This document shows positions 45,362-54,980 of a DNA stretch of 64,000 bases, one piece after another (the stretch's first letter is position 1; every line of letters begins with the position of its first letter). The notes under the pieces are model-generated. The model saw only the letters and a program-made list of their open reading frames with translations, made no database searches and was not told where the DNA came from. Source of the stretch: Candidatus Micrarchaeota archaeon. GTDB lineage: Archaea > B1Sed10-29 > JAJRYS01. The stretch spans positions 1 through 64,000 of the forward strand of contig CAZXTN010000001.1 of NCBI GenBank assembly GCA_964643685.1, written 5' to 3'. Position numbers and translations under genes: made by a program.

Positions 45362-46594
45362 TTACTTCTCATCAGCCCATCTTATAAACTTCTTCCTTTT
45401 TTCAAGGACATCAAAAATTTTAGAAGCTGAATCCCCCTCTCCATAAAGAGAAGGAAATTTCTTCACAGCAAGCGCTTTTTCAACAACTTTTTTTATATTC
45501 AAACTTTCATCAGGCTCAGCTAAAAAATTAATGCCAGCTTCAACTGTTTCAGGCCTGTCAGTCACAAACCTTAAAGTAATGCAAGGCTTTTTCAAAGCAG
45601 CCATCTCCTCCTGCATGCTGCCAGAATCAGTTACTATAAACTCAGAGTTATTCATCAGCCAAACAATATCAGTATAATTAGGAATCTCCTCCACAGTCAA
45701 AATATTAGGATGACTAACGCTTATGCCATACTTCTCAAAATAAGTTTTAGTGCCTGTCCTAACAGACCAAATAACCTGATAACCCATATCAGCTAAATCA
45801 TAAGCAGCTTTCACAATCGCCTTGAATCTTTTTTCATGAATCAAATTTTCCCTCCTATGAGCTGAAAAATAAACCCATTTCTTGCTAGGATCAGCACCTA
45901 AATCTAAAAAAAACTGCTTATTCCCTTTATCCTTAGCCCATAAAACAGCATCAACAACAGAATTTCCAACAACAAAAATATCTCTCTCATCAAAACCTTC
46001 ATTTTTCAAAAACCCTGCATTTTTTTCAGTCGCAGCAAACTTCAAATCAGCGCAAGCATCAGCAATCCTAGTATTAGTCTGCTCTGGAAAAGGCTCCCTT
46101 GTTCCAGTCCTCAGCCCAGCTTCAATATGCCCGACTGGAATCAAATTCAAATGAGCAGCAAGAGAGCCAGCCATACAAGTCAAAGTATCACCATGAGTCA
46201 AGATAATATCAACATCCTTCAAATGATTCAAAAACAAGTCATTCAATCCAGAAATGATTTCAACAGCAGTCTTAGAAGCGTTAGGTCTGCTGCTTAAAAT
46301 TTTAGAACCTGCTTTTTTAACCTTCTCGCTTAAACTTGTCCCATGCTTTAAGTCATACAAATAAACTTTTTTTGAAACAATACGCGCCAATTTCTTAGCA
46401 ACGCCGTCATTCAAAATGAAATGAGGAGGATAAGGCAAATCCAAATCCCTATAAACAGATTCAAACAAGTCAAAAGGATAATGCTGGTTGCTGTGAACAA
46501 GAATAACTTCATGCCTCCTCTTTTTACCTTCCCAATACAAAGGAGCCATTTTAATAATATCAGGACGGGTGCCAGTCAACAAAACAATCTTCAT
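45362..46594 (-). CDS. wecB: UDP-N-acetylglucosamine 2-epimerase (non-hydrolysing)
   Basis: GTRPD.IK; HGDT; HIEAGLR; PFPE..N; GN.V.D; HRREN; TDSG..QEE; RPE. Confidence 0.92.
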   Translation of the reverse strand: MKIVLLTGTRPDIIKMAPLYWEGKKRRHEVILVHSNQHYPFDLFESVYRDLDLPYPPHFILNDGVAKKLARIVSKKVYLYDLKHGTSLSEKVKKAGSKILSSRPNASKTAVEIISGLNDLFLNHLKDVDIILTHGDTLTCMAGSLAAHLNLIPVGHIEAGLRTGTREPFPEQTNTRIADACADLKFAATEKNAGFLKNEGFDERDIFVVGNSVVDAVLWAKDKGNKQFFLDLGADPSKKWVYFSAHRRENLIHEKRFKAIVKAAYDLADMGYQVIWSVRTGTKTYFEKYGISVSHPNILTVEEIPNYTDIVWLMNNSEFIVTDSGSMQEEMAALKKPCITLRFVTDRPETVEAGINFLAEPDESLNIKKVVEKALAVKKFPSLYGEGDSASKIFDVLEKRKKFIRWADEK

Positions 46595-46678
46595 AAAAAA
46601 CCAATAAAGAATAAAAACAAAGGAGTATATATGATTTACTAATCTAAAAATTAAACAAAAACAGAGGCAAGATAAAAA

Positions 46679-48661
46679 ATGAAAAAACTAAAAGCACTAC
46701 TATTCGACATAGACGGCACGCTGATTTCACTTGAACCTGCAATAAAATCAATACAAGACACCTGCAGAGAACTCGGCTACAGGGTGCTGACAGAAGAGGA
46801 AATCAAAAAAAACATAATCAGCAAGCCATTAGCACAGCAAATTAAAAAAATTTTCAACATCACAGAAGAAAAAGCAGAGGAATTTTACCAAAAACAGCAT
46901 GAAAACATGAACAAAAACTACCCACCAATTTTAATCAAAAACTCCAAAGAAACTATTTCTTATTTTAAAAAACAAGGATACAAGATAGGGCTCGTGACAA
47001 CTAAAAGAAAAAAATCAGCTTTGACTGCTCTTGAAAAAACAGGATTGGAATACGATGCACTTGTAACTTCAGAAGACTGCGAGGAAAAAAAACCCTCAGC
47101 AGAGCCAATAATCAAAGCATGCAACTTGCTCGGAACAAAGCCAGAAGAAGTAATAATGATAGGAGACCATGATTACGACGTAGAAGCTGGAAAAAAAGCA
47201 GGGTGCTTGACAATAGCAGTTACAACAGGAATCAAAACAGAAAAAGAACTAAGCAAACTACAGCCAGATTACTTGATTGAAAACCTTGAAGAACTGAAAA
47301 GCATAATCGGAAAAAAAAGTTATGATGAAAAGATATTCAGAGCATATGACATAAGAGGAAAATACCCTGAAGAATTTGACAGCGACTTTGCAGAAAAACT
47401 CGGAAAAATTTACGCTTCATACATGAAAGCAGAGGAAGTGATAGTAGGAAAAGACGTCAGAAAATCATCTGAAGAACTATTCAAAAAACTAGCGCAAGGA
47501 ATCACAGAAGTAGGCGCAAATGTCCTGGATATAGGGACAGTGCCGAGCCCAGTGCTTTACTTCACAGTAAGAACTCAAAATAAAAAAGCAGGAGTAATGA
47601 TAACAGCTTCGCACAATCCACCTGAATACAACGGATTCAAGTTAAGCAATGGAAAATACGCCCTTACGTCAGAAAAAATACTTGAATTAAAAAAAGAAAT
47701 GGAAAAAAACAACTACGTCAAAGCAAATCAAAAAGGAAAAGTAATAAAAAAAGATGCAGTTGAAGGGTATAAAAAGTTCATGCTTGAAAACATAAAATTT
47801 GAAAAGCCCTTGAAAGTAGTTATTGACTCAGCAAATGGCACATGCGGAGCAATAGCTCCTGAAATATTCAGAAAAAAAGGATGCCAAGTAATAGAGTTAT
47901 ATTCAGAGCCAAATGGCAGTTTCCCAAACCACGCGCCTGACCCGCAGCCATTTGAAAACAGGAAAAAATTAATTGAAAGAGTAATTGAAACAAAAGCAGA
48001 CTTGGGAATAGCTTATGACGGAGACGGAGACAGAGTAGCTTTCGTAGACGAGCAGGGAAAACCATTAACAGGAGACGAAGCATTCGTAGTATTCATAAGA
48101 AGCATTTTAGAAAAAAAGAAAGGAAAAATAGTGTATGAAGGAAAAACATCAAAAGCAGTTATTGATGTCATAAAAAAAGAAGGGGGAGAGCCTGTTTTGA
48201 CAAGAACAGGAAACCCTTCAGTAAGGCAAGCAGTGCTGGATTCAAACGCCTTGCTTGGAGGAGAAATAGGAGGGCATTTTTATTTCAATGACAAATACTT
48301 TGGCTACGATGACGGCATATACTCCTCACTGAGAATGGCTGAAATAATTTCAAAAGGAAAAAAGCTGTCAGAACTAACTCAAAACATTCCAAAATATTAC
48401 ACGACACCTGAAATAAGAATAAAATGCAACAAGGAAAAACAAGAAGAAGTTCTTAATGCAGTGAAAGAAAAGTATTCAAAAGAGAAAATGAACTTGCTTG
48501 ACGGAGTAAGAGTAGAGTTTGAAAAAGAGTGGTTTTTAATAAGAAAATCAAACACAGAAAAAGCATTGACGCTGAGAATAGAAGCGGAAACAAGAGAAGG
48601 AAAAGAAGCTTTAGAAAAGGAATTAGCAGAGCTTCTGAAAAAAGAAGGCTTAAGCATATGA
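46679..48661 (+). CDS. Fusion: HAD-superfamily phosphatase plus phosphomannomutase/phosphoglucomutase
   Basis: N-term FDIDGTL...KP...IGD...D; C-term IFRAYDIRG, TASHNP, DGDGDR, GE..GH. Confidence 0.9.
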   Translation: MKKLKALLFDIDGTLISLEPAIKSIQDTCRELGYRVLTEEEIKKNIISKPLAQQIKKIFNITEEKAEEFYQKQHENMNKNYPPILIKNSKETISYFKKQGYKIGLVTTKRKKSALTALEKTGLEYDALVTSEDCEEKKPSAEPIIKACNLLGTKPEEVIMIGDHDYDVEAGKKAGCLTIAVTTGIKTEKELSKLQPDYLIENLEELKSIIGKKSYDEKIFRAYDIRGKYPEEFDSDFAEKLGKIYASYMKAEEVIVGKDVRKSSEELFKKLAQGITEVGANVLDIGTVPSPVLYFTVRTQNKKAGVMITASHNPPEYNGFKLSNGKYALTSEKILELKKEMEKNNYVKANQKGKVIKKDAVEGYKKFMLENIKFEKPLKVVIDSANGTCGAIAPEIFRKKGCQVIELYSEPNGSFPNHAPDPQPFENRKKLIERVIETKADLGIAYDGDGDRVAFVDEQGKPLTGDEAFVVFIRSILEKKKGKIVYEGKTSKAVIDVIKKEGGEPVLTRTGNPSVRQAVLDSNALLGGEIGGHFYFNDKYFGYDDGIYSSLRMAEIISKGKKLSELTQNIPKYYTTPEIRIKCNKEKQEEVLNAVKEKYSKEKMNLLDGVRVEFEKEWFLIRKSNTEKALTLRIEAETREGKEALEKELAELLKKEGLSI

Positions 48662-49674
48662 TAATAGGAGCAGGGATTGTCGGCACTTACTTAGGTAAGA
48701 TTCTCGGAAGCCAAGAAATATGGGAAGCGAAGGAAAAGCATTTTGAAAAAGCATGCGGCGGCTTGTTTTCAAAAAACATTAAAAAACTTGACGTGGATTT
48801 AAACGAAAGTTTGTTAAATGAAGTTAAAGGAGCAAAATTTTATTCAAACAAGGAAGAATTTGAAGTGAAGACAAATAAGACGCAGGCATTTGTAGTTGAC
48901 AGGTACAAGTTCGAAGAAGGATTAATACAAGATGCTGTCAGCGCAGGAAGCAAAATAAGATATGGAAAAAGATGGAAAGGAGAAGACGACGAGTTCATAA
49001 TAGGCGCTGACGGAGCCTTGTCCTCAGTAGCCAAATCAATGAACATCAAAAGAAATTACCTTTACACTTACCAAGAAATAGTGGAATTAAATGAAAAAAA
49101 AGACCCTGACTTTGTCGAGCTTCATTTCAACGACAAATACGCGCCTGGATTCTTTGCCTGGTGGATTCCCTTCAATGAAAAAAAAGGAAGACTGGGGCTC
49201 GGTACTACAACAGGAAACCCAGGAGAGGTGTACAAATTATTTTCAGAAAAGTTCAGCATCAAAAAAGTTGAGAAGAAACAAAGTGCATTAATTCCAATTT
49301 TCGACGGCAAAAAAACAGTGCAGGAAAACAAGGCCCTTGTAGGCGACGCTGCTGCCCAGGTGAAAGCAAGCACAGGAGGAGGAGTAGTGTTTGGATTGAA
49401 AGCAGCTGAACTGCTGAAAAAAGCAATTGACAGAAACAACTTGGACTACTATGAAAAAAAATGGAGAGAAGAATTGTTCAAAGATTTGAAAATGCATAAA
49501 TTCATTTGGAAATATTACAAGAGAGTAAACAAGGACAAATTATTCGCATTGCTTAATGAAAAAAAAGTAAACAAGCTGGTTTCTGAATACGGGGACATGG
49601 AAGACACTTCGTTCATAAAAAACAAGCTAATGAAAAACCCATCCCTGATAATAAGGCTCGGGCTTCTTATTTAA
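48658..49674 (+). CDS. Geranylgeranyl reductase-family FAD oxidoreductase
   Basis: IIGAG..G; KACGG; DR..F; GADG; VGDAA..VK..TGGG; start moved to ATGA overlap at 48658. Confidence 0.82.
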   Translation: MIIGAGIVGTYLGKILGSQEIWEAKEKHFEKACGGLFSKNIKKLDVDLNESLLNEVKGAKFYSNKEEFEVKTNKTQAFVVDRYKFEEGLIQDAVSAGSKIRYGKRWKGEDDEFIIGADGALSSVAKSMNIKRNYLYTYQEIVELNEKKDPDFVELHFNDKYAPGFFAWWIPFNEKKGRLGLGTTTGNPGEVYKLFSEKFSIKKVEKKQSALIPIFDGKKTVQENKALVGDAAAQVKASTGGGVVFGLKAAELLKKAIDRNNLDYYEKKWREELFKDLKMHKFIWKYYKRVNKDKLFALLNEKKVNKLVSEYGDMEDTSFIKNKLMKNPSLIIRLGLLI

Positions 49675-49680
49675 AAAAAA

Positions 49681-50271
49681 TTAAAGAATCCCCTCTTCTT
49701 TTAAAATTTCCAGGACACGTTCAAAAACATAATCAATCGAGCCATTAGCATTAACTTTTTTCCACCCTAACTTTTCACCTAATTCCAAATGAACTTGCCT
49801 GCATTTATTCATAAGCTCGTCATTTGATTCATGCAAATGATTCGCTTCCTTTGCTTGCATGAACCTCTCGCCGTCAAACAAAATAGCAACATCCTCTTTC
49901 AGCAAAGGCTTGTTCAAGTTAATAAGCCACTCTTCATCAGCTCCCTTCGCAGTGCCCCAAGCAACTCCAGTGCCAGAATAATCCTCAGCAACTACAAAAA
50001 CACCTTGCTCCAGCTTGTTTTTCAAAACCGGCTCATACTGGAACCTGTTAAGCACATACCACAACTGCAACTCTTCTTCAGCAATCTCCTGCTTCTCACT
50101 TCCCCTCAAAACTTTGTTAATAAAAGGACCTGTTGGCTCCAAGTCATAAACAGGATACTTCAAATACTCTGCTTCCAAACTCCTCTCGTTCAAGTAAGAA
50201 ACAAGCTTTTTTGCCTGAGTTGTCTTGCCAAGATTATTAATGCCATAAAAAACAATGAACTTTCCTTTCAT
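49681..50271 (-). CDS. tmk: Thymidylate kinase family protein
   Basis: KGKFIVF.GINNLGKTT; KYP; NR; EDY..TG.AWG. Confidence 0.78.
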   Translation of the reverse strand: MKGKFIVFYGINNLGKTTQAKKLVSYLNERSLEAEYLKYPVYDLEPTGPFINKVLRGSEKQEIAEEELQLWYVLNRFQYEPVLKNKLEQGVFVVAEDYSGTGVAWGTAKGADEEWLINLNKPLLKEDVAILFDGERFMQAKEANHLHESNDELMNKCRQVHLELGEKLGWKKVNANGSIDYVFERVLEILKEEGIL

Positions 50272-50286
50272 AAAAAACACCTTGGA

Positions 50287-50952
50287 TTATTTTCCAAAGT
50301 TTCTTTTAGTTGCTTTTAAAAATTCAAATGCTCTGTTGAATTCTTTTTTAGTCAGCTCAGGCCAAAGTTGTTTAGTGAAAAACAATTCAGCATAAGCACT
50401 CTGCCATAACAAGTAGCCGCTGAGACGCTGCACTCCTGAAGTTCTGATAATCAAGTCAACATCCCCTGGAATCATCAGGTTTTTTTCAACATCCTTTTCA
50501 GTTATTTTTTTCTTGCCTGCTAACTTGTTAAAAGCATTTAACAGCTCGTATTTTCCGCCATAAGCAAGAGCAATATTCAAATTGAACTTCCTGTGGCTCC
50601 TTGTTTTTTCATAAATTCCAGAAACAAGAGGCTCAAGTGTTTTCAGGAAATTAGGCTCACCAACTACCCTTACCTTGACTTCATTAGAGTAAAGCTTTTC
50701 AGAATTCAAAAGCTCATTCAGCTTCTGCTTAAACATCTTGTTAAGAAGCTTCAACTGCTTCTTGTTTCTCCTGAAATTTTCAGTGCTCAAACCCCATAAA
50801 GTAACTTCTTCAACATCTCCTCTTTCAAGGCACCAGTCAAGAACCTGCTCTGCTTTTTTGAATCCAAGCTCATAAGCCTCTTTTAAAGAAATTTCTTTTT
50901 TCCTGGCATATCTCCTGTTGCCATCTGGAATAACTGCAATTTTATAACCCAT
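50287..50952 (-). CDS. uppS: cis-prenyltransferase (undecaprenyl/dolichyl diphosphate synthase)
   Basis: IPDGNRR; STENF.R; YGG; DLIIRTSG..RLS.YLLWQ.AYAE; RNFG. Confidence 0.93.
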   Translation of the reverse strand: MGYKIAVIPDGNRRYARKKEISLKEAYELGFKKAEQVLDWCLERGDVEEVTLWGLSTENFRRNKKQLKLLNKMFKQKLNELLNSEKLYSNEVKVRVVGEPNFLKTLEPLVSGIYEKTRSHRKFNLNIALAYGGKYELLNAFNKLAGKKKITEKDVEKNLMIPGDVDLIIRTSGVQRLSGYLLWQSAYAELFFTKQLWPELTKKEFNRAFEFLKATKRNFGK

Positions 50953-51035
50953 AATCAAAACCTGTGAGAGTAAAAAGAATAAAAACAATTCAACATTATA
51001 TATCTTTTATATATCCAGAGTTCTTTTTAAACGAT

Positions 51036-51623
51036 ATGGAAAAAGGCATATCCCCCATAGTTTCATACGTAATGGTAATAGCAATAGTGCTTACAACAAC
51101 AATGGCAGCTTACATGTGGGCCCTGCCATTATCAAAAGAAATGGGAGAAAAAGGGAGAGTAACAAACCTACAGAGCCAAATGATAGGACTTGATTACATA
51201 ATAAGAACAACAGCACACGGAGACATCAACTTCCAGAACAAATACGAAATGTACCTACCTGACTGCTTCCTTCTGCTTGATGAAGGCAACAACTCAATAA
51301 AACTAAGGCTAAGTCAAAAAACAGGAGTAATTGGGACAAACACCACAGAAGTTGAAATAAGAACAGACTGCAACGAAACAAGCCAATGGCTCATAGACAA
51401 TGAAACAGGAATCAAAATGTACAGGCTCGGGAACAACTCAAATATCTTCAGGGGAGCAGTAGGGCCAGCAGCAGGAGACGCTGAAATAGCAATATGCTAC
51501 CATAACATAAACTTAAGATACAGCGGAGACTGCACCAAAGGAAAAGGAGGGCCATTTGCAACAATCATAACAAAAAAAACAGGATACGACACAAAACCAA
51601 TAGTAGAAGTATCAATATGCTAA
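51036..51623 (+). CDS. Archaeal type IV pilin-like protein
   Basis: Class III signal MEKG|ISPIVSYVMVIAIV; start moved to 51036. Confidence 0.82.
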   Translation: MEKGISPIVSYVMVIAIVLTTTMAAYMWALPLSKEMGEKGRVTNLQSQMIGLDYIIRTTAHGDINFQNKYEMYLPDCFLLLDEGNNSIKLRLSQKTGVIGTNTTEVEIRTDCNETSQWLIDNETGIKMYRLGNNSNIFRGAVGPAAGDAEIAICYHNINLRYSGDCTKGKGGPFATIITKKTGYDTKPIVEVSIC

Positions 51624-51636
51624 AAGTGATTAAAAA

Positions 51637-52086
51637 ATGGGAACAGTAACAATAAGCTTTGTAATAAAAATAACAATACTGCTAGTTGCATTCGTAACAA
51701 TATACTACTCAATATACGGCTATGTGAACACTGCAAAACAAGAATCATACTACCTGCAAATGAAACAAGTAGGAGAATATGTTCAAGCAAAAGCAGAATA
51801 CGGCTTGGAGAACACAAAATCGTACGGCAAAAACATGACGCAGAAACTTGACTTGCCTCAACTTGACTTCATATACACAGTGAAAATAAGCTGCGGAGAT
51901 AAGCTGAAAATAAGAACAAGTGCAGAAACAGCAACAAGCAGGTATTATGAAACAAACGATTACTTCAACTGCAGCAACATAAATGCTTCAGGAGAGATAT
52001 ACTCAGGAAAAAAATGCATGATAACAGAAAAAGTAAACGAGACATACATGAACATAAAACTGGTGAATGACTGTGGCTTGGAATAA
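51637..52086 (+). CDS. Minor pilin-like protein
   Basis: MG|TVTISFVI.. hydrophobic N-terminus; small Cys-containing globular domain; pilus locus. Confidence 0.6.
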   Translation: MGTVTISFVIKITILLVAFVTIYYSIYGYVNTAKQESYYLQMKQVGEYVQAKAEYGLENTKSYGKNMTQKLDLPQLDFIYTVKISCGDKLKIRTSAETATSRYYETNDYFNCSNINASGEIYSGKKCMITEKVNETYMNIKLVNDCGLE

Positions 52087-54061
52087 AAAAATACTCAGAA
52101 AATTATTCAAAAACTCTGTGAAAAAAGTAAGAGAAAAAGGAGGAAAAACAGCTTTTGAGCAATGGAAAAAAGAAGAAGAGGAGATTGAAAAAGCAACACC
52201 AACATACAAAGTAAAAGAAGTAGTTCACGAAACACCAGTAATCACACCAGTTGTAAAAACAGAAGGAGAGATGCCAATAAAATTAATAACACAAGCCCCA
52301 AGCCAAACAACAGTAGTGGAAAAATCAGGCGTAAAAAGAGTCATACAAAAACAAGAAAGCCAAACAGAAGAAACAAGCAAAAGCACAACACAAGCACCAA
52401 TAATCCTCAACTTTCCTGACATATCAGAAGCGCTAAGCAGAGAAAAGCAAGTCATTTCAATAAACGAAGCCAAATCAAAAGTAAGAGGAATCCCCCTCAT
52501 AGCTCACAAAATGCCAAAAGAAGAAGTATCTAAAAAAATATCAAGCGACTGGGAACCACCTAACTTAAAAGAAATAGACGTAAGATACCCATTAATAGAA
52601 CCATACGCCTACGCAGTAATCAAATGGAACAAAGAACTGCAAGCACTAAGCTACACAGTAATAGAACCGCCTCTTACAAAAAAAGAAAAAGAAAAACTAG
52701 AAACATTAAAAGAACTCATAATAGACCTGCTTGACGTCAACTTAATGGACGTAAAAAATATAAGAGAAGTGCAAAAATACCTAAAAGAAAAACTAAACCA
52801 AATGATAGCAGACTACGAAATAAACTTAACAGAAACAGAATACAACAAAATACTCTACTACATCTACAGAAACTTTCTAGGACTAGACAAAATAGAACCG
52901 TTAATGCAAGACCCAGGAATAGAAGACATTTCATGCGACGGAGAAAAAATACCAATATTCATATACCACAGAAAATACGGTTCCTTGAAAACAAACATAG
53001 TTTTCGAAACACAAGAAGAACTAAACAAATTCATCTCAAAACTAGCGCAAAGAAGCGGAAAACACATATCAGTAGCAGAACCACTACTAGACGGGGCTCT
53101 TCCAGACGGAAGCCGTCTTCAAGCAACATTCTCATCAGGAAAAGACATTGCAATGAGAGGCTCCACCTTCACAATCAGAAAATTCACAAAAGACCCCCTC
53201 ACAATAACAGACTTCATAAACTTCGGAACAATCCCTCCATTAATAGCAGCATACCTATGGCTCATAATAGAATACCACAACTCAATACTAATAGCAGGAG
53301 GAACAGCAACAGGAAAAACAAGCACATTGAACGCATTAAGCTTATTCCTGCCACCTGAAGCAAAAATAGTTTCAATAGAAGACACTCCTGAACTAAGACT
53401 ACCTCACGAACACTGGATAGCAAAAGTATCAAGGATGGGATACGGCCCAGAAGGAGCAACAGGAAAAAGAAAAGGAGAAGTGTCAATGTTCGACTTGCTG
53501 AAAGCAGCTTTGAGGGAAAGACCAGATGAGATAATAGTCGGAGAAGTAAGGGGAGCAGAAGCATACGTCTTGTTCCAAGGAATGGCAACAGGACACGCAG
53601 GACTCGCAACTATACACGCAGAATCAATAGAAGCAGTAATAAACCGTCTAACAACCCCTCCGATAAATTTGTCAGCAGGACTACTTCAACACCTAGACGT
53701 AGTAATGATAATGGGATTCTCAAGAATAAAAGGAATAGACGTAAGAAGAGTAAAAGCAGTAGTGGAAGTAATAGGAGTAGATGAAAAAACAAACAAGCCA
53801 ATAACAAACACCTTATTCAGATGGATACCAGCAGGGGACTACTTCGAATTCGCTTCAGACAGAAGCTACATACTAAACGAAATAATAGAAGAAAAAGGAA
53901 TACCTGAAAAAAGCGTATGGGAAGAAATACAAAGAAGAGTAACAATCCTAGAATGGATGAAAAAAGAAAACATCAGGTACTACAAAGATGTTGGAAAAAT
54001 AATAGCCCATTACTACAAAAACCCAGAAGAAGTAATCAAAAAAATAAACGAATCAAAATAA
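52067..54061 (+). CDS. Type IV pilus assembly ATPase (PilB/FlaI/VirB11-like)
   Basis: IEDISCDG; LPDGSR; TIRKF; GGTATGKT; IEDTPEL; LRERPD.IIVGEVRG.E; TGH; TIHA. Confidence 0.93.
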   Translation: MTVAWNKKILRKLFKNSVKKVREKGGKTAFEQWKKEEEEIEKATPTYKVKEVVHETPVITPVVKTEGEMPIKLITQAPSQTTVVEKSGVKRVIQKQESQTEETSKSTTQAPIILNFPDISEALSREKQVISINEAKSKVRGIPLIAHKMPKEEVSKKISSDWEPPNLKEIDVRYPLIEPYAYAVIKWNKELQALSYTVIEPPLTKKEKEKLETLKELIIDLLDVNLMDVKNIREVQKYLKEKLNQMIADYEINLTETEYNKILYYIYRNFLGLDKIEPLMQDPGIEDISCDGEKIPIFIYHRKYGSLKTNIVFETQEELNKFISKLAQRSGKHISVAEPLLDGALPDGSRLQATFSSGKDIAMRGSTFTIRKFTKDPLTITDFINFGTIPPLIAAYLWLIIEYHNSILIAGGTATGKTSTLNALSLFLPPEAKIVSIEDTPELRLPHEHWIAKVSRMGYGPEGATGKRKGEVSMFDLLKAALRERPDEIIVGEVRGAEAYVLFQGMATGHAGLATIHAESIEAVINRLTTPPINLSAGLLQHLDVVMIMGFSRIKGIDVRRVKAVVEVIGVDEKTNKPITNTLFRWIPAGDYFEFASDRSYILNEIIEEKGIPEKSVWEEIQRRVTILEWMKKENIRYYKDVGKIIAHYYKNPEEVIKKINESK

Positions 54062-54073
54062 AGGTAGGCAAAA

Positions 54074-54973
54074 ATGTTCGAATCAATAATATTTAAAAGA
54101 AGCTACAGGCTCCTAGCATACAAAATATTCCACAAGCTAGGAATAACAAAATACTTCAAGCCATTATTCAAAGACACAAAACAAATGCTGCATAAAGCAG
54201 AACTATACATGCCAGTTGAAGAATACATAGCAACAGCCCTCCTCACAATAACCCTCTCCTTCCCATTCATCTTCCTCATAAGCAGATTAATACTCATAAA
54301 CATATACGAATTAATACCGCTGGCAGCAACAATAATCAGCTTTCTCATATCAACATTCACAGGCCTTGGAATCTTCCTCGCTTTCATGATCTACCCATCA
54401 TACGAAGTAGACAACATAAAAAGAAACATAGAACTGAACATCCCATACGCAGCAACACACATGGCAACAGTATCAGGAACAGGAGTGCCAATATACCTCG
54501 TATTCAAAATAATAGGAGACTTTCCAGAATACGGAGAACTTGCAAAACAATGCAGAAGAATAGCAAGAAACATAGAAGTATTCGGCTACGACACAGTAAG
54601 CGCCTTATCAGAAGTAGCAACAGAAACACCCTCTCCTTCATTCAAAGACTTACTATGGGGAATTGTTTCAATAACAAGAACAGGAGGAGACATGAGAGAA
54701 TTTTTAATAGACAGGGCAAGAAAATACATGGACAACCAAAAAAACATGGAATCAGAATACCTCGACTCACTTGAACTAATGGCAGAATTATACACAACAC
54801 TATTCGTAGCAGGACCAGTGCTAGTAGTAATCATGGCAACAATAATGGGATCCATAGGCTCACTGCCAATAGGACTTGAAATCATCTTCCCATTATTCAT
54901 TTACATAATGATGCCCCTCATGGCAATAGGATTCATGATACTAATAGAAAGCTCAAAACCAGTAGGAGCATGA
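54074..54973 (+). CDS. Type IV pilus platform protein (TadC/PilC, T2SSF)
   Basis: YGEL...R.IEVFG.D...AL....TPS..F..LL.G......TGG. Confidence 0.9.
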   Translation: MFESIIFKRSYRLLAYKIFHKLGITKYFKPLFKDTKQMLHKAELYMPVEEYIATALLTITLSFPFIFLISRLILINIYELIPLAATIISFLISTFTGLGIFLAFMIYPSYEVDNIKRNIELNIPYAATHMATVSGTGVPIYLVFKIIGDFPEYGELAKQCRRIARNIEVFGYDTVSALSEVATETPSPSFKDLLWGIVSITRTGGDMREFLIDRARKYMDNQKNMESEYLDSLELMAELYTTLFVAGPVLVVIMATIMGSIGSLPIGLEIIFPLFIYIMMPLMAIGFMILIESSKPVGA

Positions 54974-54980
54974 TAAAAAA

